Positions 20,654 to 28,698 of a stretch of DNA of 64,000 bases are shown one piece after another. Where the stretch lies: assembly GCA_017545535.1 (NCBI GenBank), contig JAFWMS010000033.1, positions 107,981 through 171,980 on the forward strand, given 5' to 3'. The notes under the pieces are model-generated. The model had not been told where the DNA came from and ran no database searches. It saw nothing but the letters and a program-made list of their open reading frames with translations. Numbering within the stretch: the stretch's first letter is position 1; each line of letters starts with the position of its first letter. The position numbers were made by a program, and so were the translations under genes. Source of the stretch: Clostridia bacterium. GTDB lineage: Bacteria; Bacillota; Clostridia; Christensenellales; CAG-138.

Positions 20654-21393
20654 ACGAAGCGTACAGCGCCTTTGCCGCCGGCTACGACCGCATGATGGGG
20701 GACGTGGACTATGACGGCTGGGCTAAGTATCTGGACGGATTGTTGCGGGAAGCGGGGGCGAGGTCGGTCCTGGAATGCGCCTGCGGCACCGGGAGCATCA
20801 CCGTCCGGCTGGGCAAGATGGGATACAGCATGATCGGCTCGGACCTGTCCGAGGATATGCTCATGGTGGCCCGGAAAAAGGCCCTGGATGCGGGGCTTCG
20901 GATGCTGCCCTTCGTTTGCCAGGACATGCGGAACGTCGCCTTGCATAAACCGGTGGATGCCGTCATCTGCGCCTGCGACGGGGTGAACTATCTTTTGGGT
21001 GGGGCGGAAGCCTTCTTCCGGGCGGCCTATAGGGCCCTAAAACCCGGTGGGCTGCTGCTGTTCGATATCTCCTCCGCCTATAAACTTTCCACCATCCTGG
21101 GCAACAACACCTTTGCCGCCACCGGCGCGGATTGGGCCTATATTTGGGAGAATCAGTACCATCCGCGGCTCGATCAGGTGGATATGCTGCTCACCGGCTT
21201 TTTGAAGCAGGGGACGGGATACGCCCGCTTTGAGGAGCGTCATGTCCAGCGGGCGTATGGGCAGACGGAGCTTGCCGCGGCCCTGGAGGGCTGCGGCTTC
21301 AAAGAGGTCCGGGTGTATGAAGCCTTCACTCGGAACAAGCCTGCGCCGACGGCGGAACGGCTTCAATTCACGGCACGAAAGGAATGTATATGA
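20650..21393 (+). CDS. Class I SAM-dependent methyltransferase
   Basis: Motif I VLECACGTGSIT. Start at ATG 20650 overlaps the whiA stop (ATGA). The 84-codon N-terminal extension in the track overlaps whiA and is rejected. Confidence 0.75.
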   Translation: MNEAYSAFAAGYDRMMGDVDYDGWAKYLDGLLREAGARSVLECACGTGSITVRLGKMGYSMIGSDLSEDMLMVARKKALDAGLRMLPFVCQDMRNVALHKPVDAVICACDGVNYLLGGAEAFFRAAYRALKPGGLLLFDISSAYKLSTILGNNTFAATGADWAYIWENQYHPRLDQVDMLLTGFLKQGTGYARFEERHVQRAYGQTELAAALEGCGFKEVRVYEAFTRNKPAPTAERLQFTARKECI

Positions 21394-22280
21394 GCGATCA
21401 GATCCTGCAGGGACTATTGAAGAATAAAACCATTCGATTTGCCGCCATCACCGGCCGGGAGCTGGTGACGGAGGCCCGGCGCATCCATAGCCTGAGCCGC
21501 ACGGCTACCGCCGCCTTGGGGAGGGAGCTTTTGATGGTGGCCATGATGTCCAGCCAGCTCAAGAACGACACCGACTCCGTCTCCGCCATCCTGTCCGGCG
21601 GCGGTCCTGGCGGGAATCTTGTCTGCGTGGGTCGGAAAGGCCCCTTCGTCAAGGGCTGCGCCGGAGATCCGGCCTGTGAGCTGCCGCCCAAGGAGAACGG
21701 TAAGCTGGATGTGGGCGGCTACGTGGGCCGCAGCGGCAAGCTCACCGTAGTCAGGGACCTTTCCATGAAGGAGCCCTACGTGGGCATGTGCCATCTCGTT
21801 TCCGGGGAGATTGCGGAGGACTTTGCGGAGTATTTTACCGCCTCCGAGCAGCAGCCCAGCCTGGTCTATCTGGGCGTCCGGCTGGAGCCTGTCTCCGGCC
21901 AGGTCCTGGGTGCGGGGGGCCTTCTCATCCAGCCCTTGCCCGACTGTCCGGCGGAGAATGTGGATTATGTCATGGCCAAGGCGAACGATATCCCCCATCT
22001 CACCGAGCGCCTCTCCAAAGGGGAATGCCTGAAGGACATCCTTTTCTCCCTGTTCCCCCAGGGGGACGTGACCTTTACGGAGGAGCTGGTCCCCGCTTAT
22101 CGGTGCGACTGCAGCCGGGAGCGGATGGAGCGAGCCCTTATGAGCCTGGGCAGGGAGGATCTTGAAGAGATCATCGAGGAGGACGGCCAGGCGGAGCTCA
22201 GCTGTCACTTCTGCAACAGCAGATATACCTTTACCAAGGCGGAGCTGGAAGCCATTCTGCGGGAAGGAGCCGGTGCGTGA
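21384..22280 (+). CDS. hslO: Redox-regulated chaperone Hsp33
   Basis: C-terminal zinc centre CDCS...(x)...CHFCN, typical of HslO. 298 aa. Confidence 0.9.
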   Translation: MYMSDQILQGLLKNKTIRFAAITGRELVTEARRIHSLSRTATAALGRELLMVAMMSSQLKNDTDSVSAILSGGGPGGNLVCVGRKGPFVKGCAGDPACELPPKENGKLDVGGYVGRSGKLTVVRDLSMKEPYVGMCHLVSGEIAEDFAEYFTASEQQPSLVYLGVRLEPVSGQVLGAGGLLIQPLPDCPAENVDYVMAKANDIPHLTERLSKGECLKDILFSLFPQGDVTFTEELVPAYRCDCSRERMERALMSLGREDLEEIIEEDGQAELSCHFCNSRYTFTKAELEAILREGAGA

Positions 22281-23989
22281 AGCAGGAACGGGACAACATC
22301 CTCTCCTTCGATCAGGGGGCTGGGTTCTATCTTCGGACCGGACGCCGTCAGGCGGAGGCCGGGAACCTGGTCCGGGCGTTGGCGCACCTGCGCACGGCCC
22401 ATGAGAAGGATCGAGAGGATGCACAGATCACCATCGCCCTGGCGGAGGTGCTGAACCGGATGCAGCGGTTCGAGGAGAGCATCCGGGTCATCATGAGTCT
22501 GGGCCGGCTGGAGGAGCTGTCGCCGGACGGGCTCTTTGGCCTGGCCAGCAACTTCATCGCTCTGGAGGAATTCGGGCCCGCCCGGGTGTGCCTTGAGTAC
22601 TATCTTCACGCCGCGCCGGATGGGGTCTATGCCCCCGATGCCGAGGACTATCTGGATCTCATGGACGATGAGCCGGAGATGGACTGGCAGCTGGGCCTGG
22701 ACGAGGGGGAGGATACCGACCTGATCGCCCACATCCACTATGCCAAGGTCCTCCATGTGTCGGGAAGGGATAAGGAAGCTTTGCGGCATCTGAAGCAGCT
22801 GGAGGAGCGGTACCCCAAGTCCCTGTGGCTTCAGATGGACATCGCCCTTTCAGAATACTGCGTGGAGGAATACGAGGCCTGCGAGCAGCGGCTTTTCAAC
22901 ATCCTCAAGGAGGACAGGAATTACGTGCGGGCCAAGTGCCTGCTGGCCCTGCTCCGGGAGGGAGAGGGGAAGAAACGGGAGGCACAGGAGATGCTGGACT
23001 CCATCCCCATCCCTGCGGACGGGACCACGGAGGAGCTGGGGAACCTGAACGTGATGCTCCTGGAACTGGGGGACCTCGTCCGGGCGGAATCCTGCGGCGA
23101 GACTTTGGCCGGGCTCATGCCCTATGACCCGCTGGTGCTCCACGAGCTGGGGTACACGAAATACATGCTGGGCAAAACGTCGGAGGCGATCGATATATAT
23201 CGCCGCATCCTGGAGATGGACCCCCACGACACCGTGGCGGCCTGGTATCTTGCCGCCGCCCAGGAGGAGCCAGATCCGAAGAAGGGGGGCAAGGGCTGGA
23301 CAGTCCAATACGACGTGCCTTATAGGGTAGCCGTGGAGCGGCTTCGGAAACTGGGCGAAGCCTACGGCAAGGGGCCCGACGCCATCGCGAAGCGGTGGGC
23401 GGAGGACGCTTCCTTCCGAGAGCTGGTGGAATGGGCTCTCTATTCGCCCTATTCACCCGCCAAGCAGGGGGTCATCACCATCTTGGCCGCGGTGGGGGAC
23501 CGGGAAGCGGAGCGGCTGCTCCGGGATTTCCTCCTTCGGACCGATCAGGCCGACGACAACAAGCAGATCGCCTTTGGAGCGCTGCACATGTTCGACGGTG
23601 CGGAGCCCTACGCCATGTTCTATGACGGGCTCTGGCAGTATGGGGAGTTCCGGCAGGCCACCCTGCCGCCGGATCTGCCCAAGGCTTATCGGACGGTGTT
23701 CCAGCGGCTCACCCGCTGCGCGGAGGAGATCGAGTGCGGGGAGCGGACGTCGGAGTTCGCTCAGCGGGCTTTCTACTATTTCGTCCTCTCCCAAAAGGGA
23801 AAGTACCGGCGCATCTCGCCGCTTCAGGAGGACGCCTTTGTGGCTGCCTTCGTGTTCATGGCGATCCACGCCCAGAAGCAACAGATCGGTGAGGAAGTGC
23901 TGTGTGACGCCTATTCCATCACCACCCGGCGGCTGAACAACGCTTTGAAGGTGATCTTCGCCGCCCTGGAGGAGGGGAGCCGAGAATGA
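22277..23989 (+). CDS. Tetratricopeptide-repeat (TPR) protein
   Basis: 570 aa with repeated TPR-like helices (e.g. GNLVRALAHLRTAHEKD, EAIDIYRRILEMDPHD). GTGA overlap with the hslO stop. Confidence 0.6.
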   Translation: MKQERDNILSFDQGAGFYLRTGRRQAEAGNLVRALAHLRTAHEKDREDAQITIALAEVLNRMQRFEESIRVIMSLGRLEELSPDGLFGLASNFIALEEFGPARVCLEYYLHAAPDGVYAPDAEDYLDLMDDEPEMDWQLGLDEGEDTDLIAHIHYAKVLHVSGRDKEALRHLKQLEERYPKSLWLQMDIALSEYCVEEYEACEQRLFNILKEDRNYVRAKCLLALLREGEGKKREAQEMLDSIPIPADGTTEELGNLNVMLLELGDLVRAESCGETLAGLMPYDPLVLHELGYTKYMLGKTSEAIDIYRRILEMDPHDTVAAWYLAAAQEEPDPKKGGKGWTVQYDVPYRVAVERLRKLGEAYGKGPDAIAKRWAEDASFRELVEWALYSPYSPAKQGVITILAAVGDREAERLLRDFLLRTDQADDNKQIAFGALHMFDGAEPYAMFYDGLWQYGEFRQATLPPDLPKAYRTVFQRLTRCAEEIECGERTSEFAQRAFYYFVLSQKGKYRRISPLQEDAFVAAFVFMAIHAQKQQIGEEVLCDAYSITTRRLNNALKVIFAALEEGSRE

Positions 23990-25104
23990 GATTCATCGCC
24001 ACTACAAAACTTGGCCTGGAATCGGTCACCGCCTTCCAGCTCAAGAAGCTGGACCTGAACGACGTGCAGAGCGCCGACGCCAACGTGAGCTTTTCCGGAG
24101 GCTTCGAGGACATGGCCTGGGCGCTGTTGTACCTGCGGACGGCGGAACGGTTGCTGCTGGAGGTTGGTTCTTTTGAGGCGACGACCTTCGAAGCCTTGTT
24201 CGAGGGCGTTAAGGCCATCGACTGGAAGCCGTACCTGACGCCCCATAGCCGCATCCATGTGAACGGGAAGAGCGCCAAGAGCACCCTCTTTTCAGTGTCC
24301 GACTGTCAGAGCATCGCGAAGAAAGCCATCGTGGAGAGCCTGAAGGCCGCCTATCACACGGACCGTATCCCCGAGGACGGGGCGGAGGTCATCGTGGAGG
24401 TGGGCCTGCTTCGGGATAGGGTCACCGTGGCCCTCGATTGCTGCGGGGCGGGCCTGTCCCGGCGAGGGTATCGGACCTACAACGTGGCGGCGCCCCTCAG
24501 CGAGACCCTGGGGGCGGGGCTGATCCTGTTGAGTCGGTACTGGCCCGACACACCCTTCATCGACCCCATGTGCGGCAGCGGCACCATGCCCATCGAGGCG
24601 GCCATGATCGGCAACAACAAGGCCCCCTCCCTGAACCGGCGCTTCGCCGCGGAGGATTGGCCCTTTCTGGACAGCCGAATTTTGTCCCTCGCCCGGGAGC
24701 GGGCCCGGGAGGAGGAGCGCCACGAAAAGCTGCCTGTCTTTGGCTACGACATCGATGAGCGGTCCGTGGCCGTGGCCCGCCGTCACGCCGAGAAGGCGGG
24801 GGTGGAGGTCCACTGGGAGGTGCGGCCCGTCCAGAAGCTGAAGACGGACTACGAGAAGGGACTCCTCCTCTGCAACCCGCCCTATGGGGAACGGATGCTG
24901 ACCGGCAAGGAGGCTGCGGACCTCTATCGGGACATGCGCCGCGTCTTTGATACCCTTCCCGGCTGGAACGTCGGCATCATCTCCGGCATGGATAACTTCG
25001 AGAAGGTGTACGGCAAGCGGGCGGACAAGCGCCGCAAACTCAGCAACGGGGGCCTGCCCTGCACCTTCTATCAGTATTTCCCGGAGCGGGTGAGGGAGAA
25101 ATAA
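23986..25104 (+). CDS. THUMP-domain class I SAM-dependent RNA methyltransferase (RlmL/YpsC-like)
   Basis: THUMP-like N-terminus, motif I DPMCGSGT and catalytic NPPYGER. ATGA overlap with the upstream stop. Confidence 0.8.
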   Translation: MRFIATTKLGLESVTAFQLKKLDLNDVQSADANVSFSGGFEDMAWALLYLRTAERLLLEVGSFEATTFEALFEGVKAIDWKPYLTPHSRIHVNGKSAKSTLFSVSDCQSIAKKAIVESLKAAYHTDRIPEDGAEVIVEVGLLRDRVTVALDCCGAGLSRRGYRTYNVAAPLSETLGAGLILLSRYWPDTPFIDPMCGSGTMPIEAAMIGNNKAPSLNRRFAAEDWPFLDSRILSLARERAREEERHEKLPVFGYDIDERSVAVARRHAEKAGVEVHWEVRPVQKLKTDYEKGLLLCNPPYGERMLTGKEAADLYRDMRRVFDTLPGWNVGIISGMDNFEKVYGKRADKRRKLSNGGLPCTFYQYFPERVREK

Positions 25105-25110
25105 GAGTAA

Positions 25111-25137
25111 AAAAGCGCTGAACATGGCGCTTTTCTC
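25111..25137 (+). terminator. Rho-independent terminator
   Basis: AAAAGCGC / GCGCTTTT hairpin with an 8-nt loop followed by a T-rich run, 7 nt after the stop codon. Confidence 0.65.
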
Positions 25138-25214
25138 TTGATTCGCTGTTTATGGGGAGGACATTCTGAAAACACCGTGTTATACTCTATCCATAGGAAC
25201 AGGAGGAATAGAAC

Positions 25215-25754
25215 ATGGATATGACTCGCATCGGCGCATTTCTGGCGGAACTGCGAAAGGAAAATGGTCTCACGCAGGAGGCGTTGGGAAAGGTATTGGG
25301 CGTTTCCAACAAGACCGTATCCCGCTGGGAGACGGGCACCTATCTGCCCCCGGTGGAGATGCTGCAGCGCATGAGCGAACGATACGGCGTCTCCATCAAT
25401 GAGATATTGAGCGGAGAGCGGCTCACAGCGGAAGACTACCGGGAAAAGGCGGAGGAGAACATCAAGTCTGCCCTGCATCAAAGCGCCTTTTCGGTGCAGG
25501 AGCGGATGGCATTTTTCAAAAGGAAGTGGATAAAGGAGCACTGGCCTGTATTCATTGTGTGCGTCATCGCCCTGCTCGTGATCGCTCTTGCCTTGCGCGG
25601 ACGGCCCACAGAGGCATATATCCTGTGTTCCCTTGTGGCCATCGTCCAATACCTGACCCTGCGCAACCGGATGATGACCTATGTGGAGGGGCGGGTGTTT
25701 GATCGGCTTCCCCGTGAGGACGTTACCGGCCACCCGATCTTTGACCGGGATTGA
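25215..25754 (+). CDS. XRE-family HTH regulator with C-terminal membrane segments
   Basis: HTH LTQEALGKVLGVSNKTVSRWETG, followed by two hydrophobic stretches (WPVFIVCVIALLVIALAL; ILCSLVAIVQYL). Confidence 0.75.
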   Translation: MDMTRIGAFLAELRKENGLTQEALGKVLGVSNKTVSRWETGTYLPPVEMLQRMSERYGVSINEILSGERLTAEDYREKAEENIKSALHQSAFSVQERMAFFKRKWIKEHWPVFIVCVIALLVIALALRGRPTEAYILCSLVAIVQYLTLRNRMMTYVEGRVFDRLPREDVTGHPIFDRD

Positions 25755-25773
25755 GCACGCCTGGAACTCAGGG

Positions 25774-25793
25774 TGGCGCAGAGAAAGGGATTC
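25774..25793 (-). repeat. Partial duplicate of the tRNA-Ser 3' end (att-like)
   Basis: TGGCGCAGAGAAAGGGATTC matches TGGCGCAGAGAGAGGGATTC (25923-25942, T-loop to CCA end of tRNA-Ser) at 19 of 20 positions, same orientation, 149 nt away. Confidence 0.6.
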
Positions 25794-25894
25794 TTCGCGG
25801 CCTCGACGGCCTTGGTCGAGGCGGGGGCAAAGGCCGCACTGTGGCCTTTGCTTACACCCGCCTTTCAAATCCCTTCCAATTCATGTAACAAAAT

Positions 25895-25915
25895 AAGCAC
25901 CCAAATTGGGTGCTT
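25895..25915 (-). terminator. Terminator downstream of tRNA-Ser (also faces the XRE gene)
   Basis: AAGCACCCA / TGGGTGCTT perfect stem with T-rich runs on both strands. Confidence 0.7.
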
Positions 25916-25922
25916 CTTTTGT

Positions 25923-26013
25923 TGGCGCAGAGAGAGGGATTCGAACCCTCGATACGATTCCTCGTATACACGATTTCCAGTCGTGCGCCTTAGACCAGCT
26001 CAGCCATCTCTGC
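25923..26013 (-). tRNA. tRNA-Ser (anticodon GGA)
   Basis: Hand-folded cloverleaf: acceptor GCAGAGA/TCTCTGC, anticodon stem CACGA/TCGTG with loop CTGGAAA, long variable arm, T-arm GAGGG-TTCGAAT-CCCTC, encoded CCA. Confidence 0.9.
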
Positions 26014-26082
26014 ACAACGTCCGTGGGACATCTTACACTATTTCATTTTAGAATGCAAGAGTTTTTTTAAAAAACCCTGCTG

Positions 26083-26814
26083 TCATTTTCCCTGGTCCCA
26101 GCTTTCCAGCATGGCCCGAACGGACCGGGTCATCTCCCTGGAAAAATCGGAATCCCATTTGAAGTTGCGAAACCTCGTGATCCACTGGGCAAATTCCTCC
26201 GGAGTCCGGCCCTGCCGCTCCATGAGCATGGCGGCCAGGTCCCGTTCCGCGTAGCCGTTTTCGCAGACCACGTCCTCCACCCGGAACCGGGGCGGCTTCT
26301 GACGGGTTTTCTGCTCCTCCGTGGGCACGCCGAAGCAGACCATGGCCACGGGCAGAACATGGGCGGGAAGCTGCAGCAGGTCCCTGTGAATCTCGTAATT
26401 CTCCAAAATATCGCCAATATAGCAGGAGCCCACCCCCAGGGCCTCACCGGCGACGACGGCGCTTTGGGCGGCGATGAGGGCGTCCGACATAGCCAGGAAC
26501 AGATCCCCCTCCCCGGGCCGGCGGGTGGCGGGGTCATCCTTTTCAAACAGGGTGAACCAGCGGTGGTAGTCCGCACAGAAGACCAGCACCAGCGGCGCCG
26601 CGGCGATGAAGGGCTGGTGATCGCATGTCTCGCTCAGCCGATCCTTCAACGCCTGGTCCGTGATGTCCAAAATGGTGTAGAGGGTCATGTTCCCGGCGGT
26701 GGGGGCCTGAAGGGCGGCGTTCAGAATGGCCGCTTTGGTTTCGGAGGGCAGGGGGCCGGGCTCATAGACCCGAACGGACTTGCGCTCGTTCAGCAGGCGG
26801 ATGGTCTCATTCAC
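26083..26814 (-). CDS. Nitroreductase family protein
   Basis: 243 aa. N-terminal RKSVRVYEP..., PTAGNMT motif typical of FMN nitroreductase-fold proteins. Confidence 0.85.
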   Translation of the reverse strand: MNETIRLLNERKSVRVYEPGPLPSETKAAILNAALQAPTAGNMTLYTILDITDQALKDRLSETCDHQPFIAAAPLVLVFCADYHRWFTLFEKDDPATRRPGEGDLFLAMSDALIAAQSAVVAGEALGVGSCYIGDILENYEIHRDLLQLPAHVLPVAMVCFGVPTEEQKTRQKPPRFRVEDVVCENGYAERDLAAMLMERQGRTPEEFAQWITRFRNFKWDSDFSREMTRSVRAMLESWDQGK

Positions 26815-27115
26815 GGGACTCGTCCTTCCGCTTCGCCAGCTCCATCAGCTCCGGGTAGCGGGAGATGATATAGCTGTAGCTCTTCCGGTTGTGGGGCACC
26901 ATGCACTGGGAGCAGTCCTTCACGCCGTTCTCCGTGTAGCGGAAGTTCCCCTTGCACCTTTCCCCCAGGGCATACAGGGGGCAATAGCAGAACAGACAGT
27001 TGAAATCCTCCGGATGCTCCGTGGGGTGGCAGGGGAAGAACTCGCACTCCTTGTGCTGGAAGAAGGAGTAGTGGCACTCCTCCGGCTTCTTGTAAAAGGC
27101 TTCGCTGTGGGCCAT
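26807..27115 (-). CDS. Cysteine-rich small domain protein (putative metal-binding)
   Basis: 102 aa from ATG 27115: ...HKECEFFPCHPTEHPEDFNCLFCYCPLYALGERCKGNF...CSQC. It is the 3' part of a 397-aa track ORF whose upstream part overlaps the YitT gene. Overlaps the nitroreductase start by 8 nt. Confidence 0.7.
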   Translation of the reverse strand: MAHSEAFYKKPEECHYSFFQHKECEFFPCHPTEHPEDFNCLFCYCPLYALGERCKGNFRYTENGVKDCSQCMVPHNRKSYSYIISRYPELMELAKRKDESRE

Positions 27116-27147
27116 ATTTTTCTGCCTCCTTATGCAGTGATGTAGGA

Positions 27148-28023
27148 TCAATCCTCGGGGCTCTTGAAGCCTTCGCCAAAGACTTCGTCGTTGGGGGAGA
27201 TCATGATGAGGGCCTTGGGGTCGATGGAGTAGACCAGCTTCTTCACCCGGTACCCCTCGGAGTTGGAGCAGGCGCACAGGAGCATCGTGTGCTCCATCCC
27301 GGAGTAGGCGCCGATCACCTTCATCATGGACACGCCCCGATGGAGCTGCGTCCCGATGGCGTCCGCCACCTCCTGTCCCTTGTCGGTGATGATGGTGATG
27401 CGCTTGCCGGAGCCGGTGCCGTAGAGGATCTTGTCGATCATCACGGTGCTGGCCCCGGTCATGACGATGCCCTGCAAGACCGCGTCCACCCGGCCGAACA
27501 CAAACCCGCCCGCCAAGATGATGGCGCCGTCGATGAGCAGCGTGATGGAGCCCACGGACAGGTGGGGGAACTTCTTGCGGATGGCCATGATGACGAAGTC
27601 GGATCCGCCGGTGCAGTAGCCCCGGGCGTAGATGAGCGCCAGGCCCACGCCGGAAAGGACGCCCGCGAACAGGGCCGCCAAAAGGGGGTCGCCGGTATAG
27701 GCGGGCATGTGGGGGTAGATCACGTCCAGCACGAAGGCGATGATGCCCATGGAGACGATGGACTTTAGCAGGTACTTCTTGCCCAAATAGGCGTAGCACA
27801 GCAAAATGACCGGGATGTTGATGAGGACGGTCAACGTGCCGATGGGCAGGAAGGGGAAGAAGTGGTTCACCAAGATGGCGAGACCCGTGATCCCGCCCGG
27901 CGCGAAGTTGGCGTTCACGGCGAACACATATACCCCCGCCCCATAGAGCAGCGCCCCCAGAACGTCCATCAGCAGGTCCTTGCCCCATTCCTGTATGCAA
28001 AGGGATTTTTTAAGCTTATTCAA
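27148..28023 (-). CDS. YitT family membrane protein (DUF2179 C-terminal domain)
   Basis: 291 aa, about five TM helices then a soluble C-terminal domain (ITIITDKGQEVADAI...MISPNDEVFGEGF), typical of YitT/DUF2179. Confidence 0.85.
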   Translation of the reverse strand: MNKLKKSLCIQEWGKDLLMDVLGALLYGAGVYVFAVNANFAPGGITGLAILVNHFFPFLPIGTLTVLINIPVILLCYAYLGKKYLLKSIVSMGIIAFVLDVIYPHMPAYTGDPLLAALFAGVLSGVGLALIYARGYCTGGSDFVIMAIRKKFPHLSVGSITLLIDGAIILAGGFVFGRVDAVLQGIVMTGASTVMIDKILYGTGSGKRITIITDKGQEVADAIGTQLHRGVSMMKVIGAYSGMEHTMLLCACSNSEGYRVKKLVYSIDPKALIMISPNDEVFGEGFKSPED

Positions 28024-28098
28024 CGTTTATCGCCTCCAGAACGAAGTGATATCTTGTATACTATCATGCCTATATGCATTTGGCAAGTCGGAAAAAGA

Positions 28099-28695
28099 TT
28101 ATTGGACATGTGCGAACTGGACCGTGATTGTACCTTCCGGCTCTCCCGAGGTCGATGAGAAGTCAAACCGCCAGCTGTAGGCAGACTGAGTGGAGCTTTT
28201 GCCGGTATCTATGGTCTGCTGCAGCTTTTCAAGGGCGCTGTCCCGGCGGCCCGCCACTCGCCCGTCGGTGACGGCGATGGCGTCGAAGAGGGAGAGGAAC
28301 ATATTCTTGCCCTCCTGGGCGGCCTTGTCATGAGCTTCGTTCAGGGAAGCGAAGACGTCCGTGCCCGTTTCCACGTCGATCCGGGGCGGCAGGGAAAAGG
28401 TGAGGGTCATCTCCTCGATGGCGCTGTCCTCTGTAATGACGAGGCTGCCTGCCTCCTGACCCTCCGCGTCAAGGAGCTCATCCCCTTGCAGGGTGAACCC
28501 GGCGGAATACAGATAGTTTTCGATGGCTTGGTGGGTGAGGGTCAAAGGCTCGCTCTTTTGAAGGACCGCCTTGGTGGGCGCCTCCGTCCGCTGCCCCCGC
28601 ACCAGGGCCAGCAGGATGAGCAGGGCGCAAAACAGAATGGGCAGCACATAGGTGGCTGCTCCGCGTCCTTTTTTGCTGCGCTTTGGACGAGCCAT
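28099..28695 (-). CDS. Hypothetical single-pass membrane protein
   Basis: Basic N-terminus plus one TM (YVLPILFCALLILLALV) then an acidic soluble domain. 3-nt gap after the upstream acyltransferase-like gene. Confidence 0.5.
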   Translation of the reverse strand: MARPKRSKKGRGAATYVLPILFCALLILLALVRGQRTEAPTKAVLQKSEPLTLTHQAIENYLYSAGFTLQGDELLDAEGQEAGSLVITEDSAIEEMTLTFSLPPRIDVETGTDVFASLNEAHDKAAQEGKNMFLSLFDAIAVTDGRVAGRRDSALEKLQQTIDTGKSSTQSAYSWRFDFSSTSGEPEGTITVQFAHVQ

Positions 28696-28698
28696 GGC

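Noticed and set aside
27116-28000. Upstream 295 codons of the 397-aa minus-strand ORF 26807..28000
   Set aside because: They overlap the YitT gene in another frame and translate to Arg/His/Gly-rich sequence. Only the last 102 codons (from ATG 27115) form a plausible Cys-rich protein.
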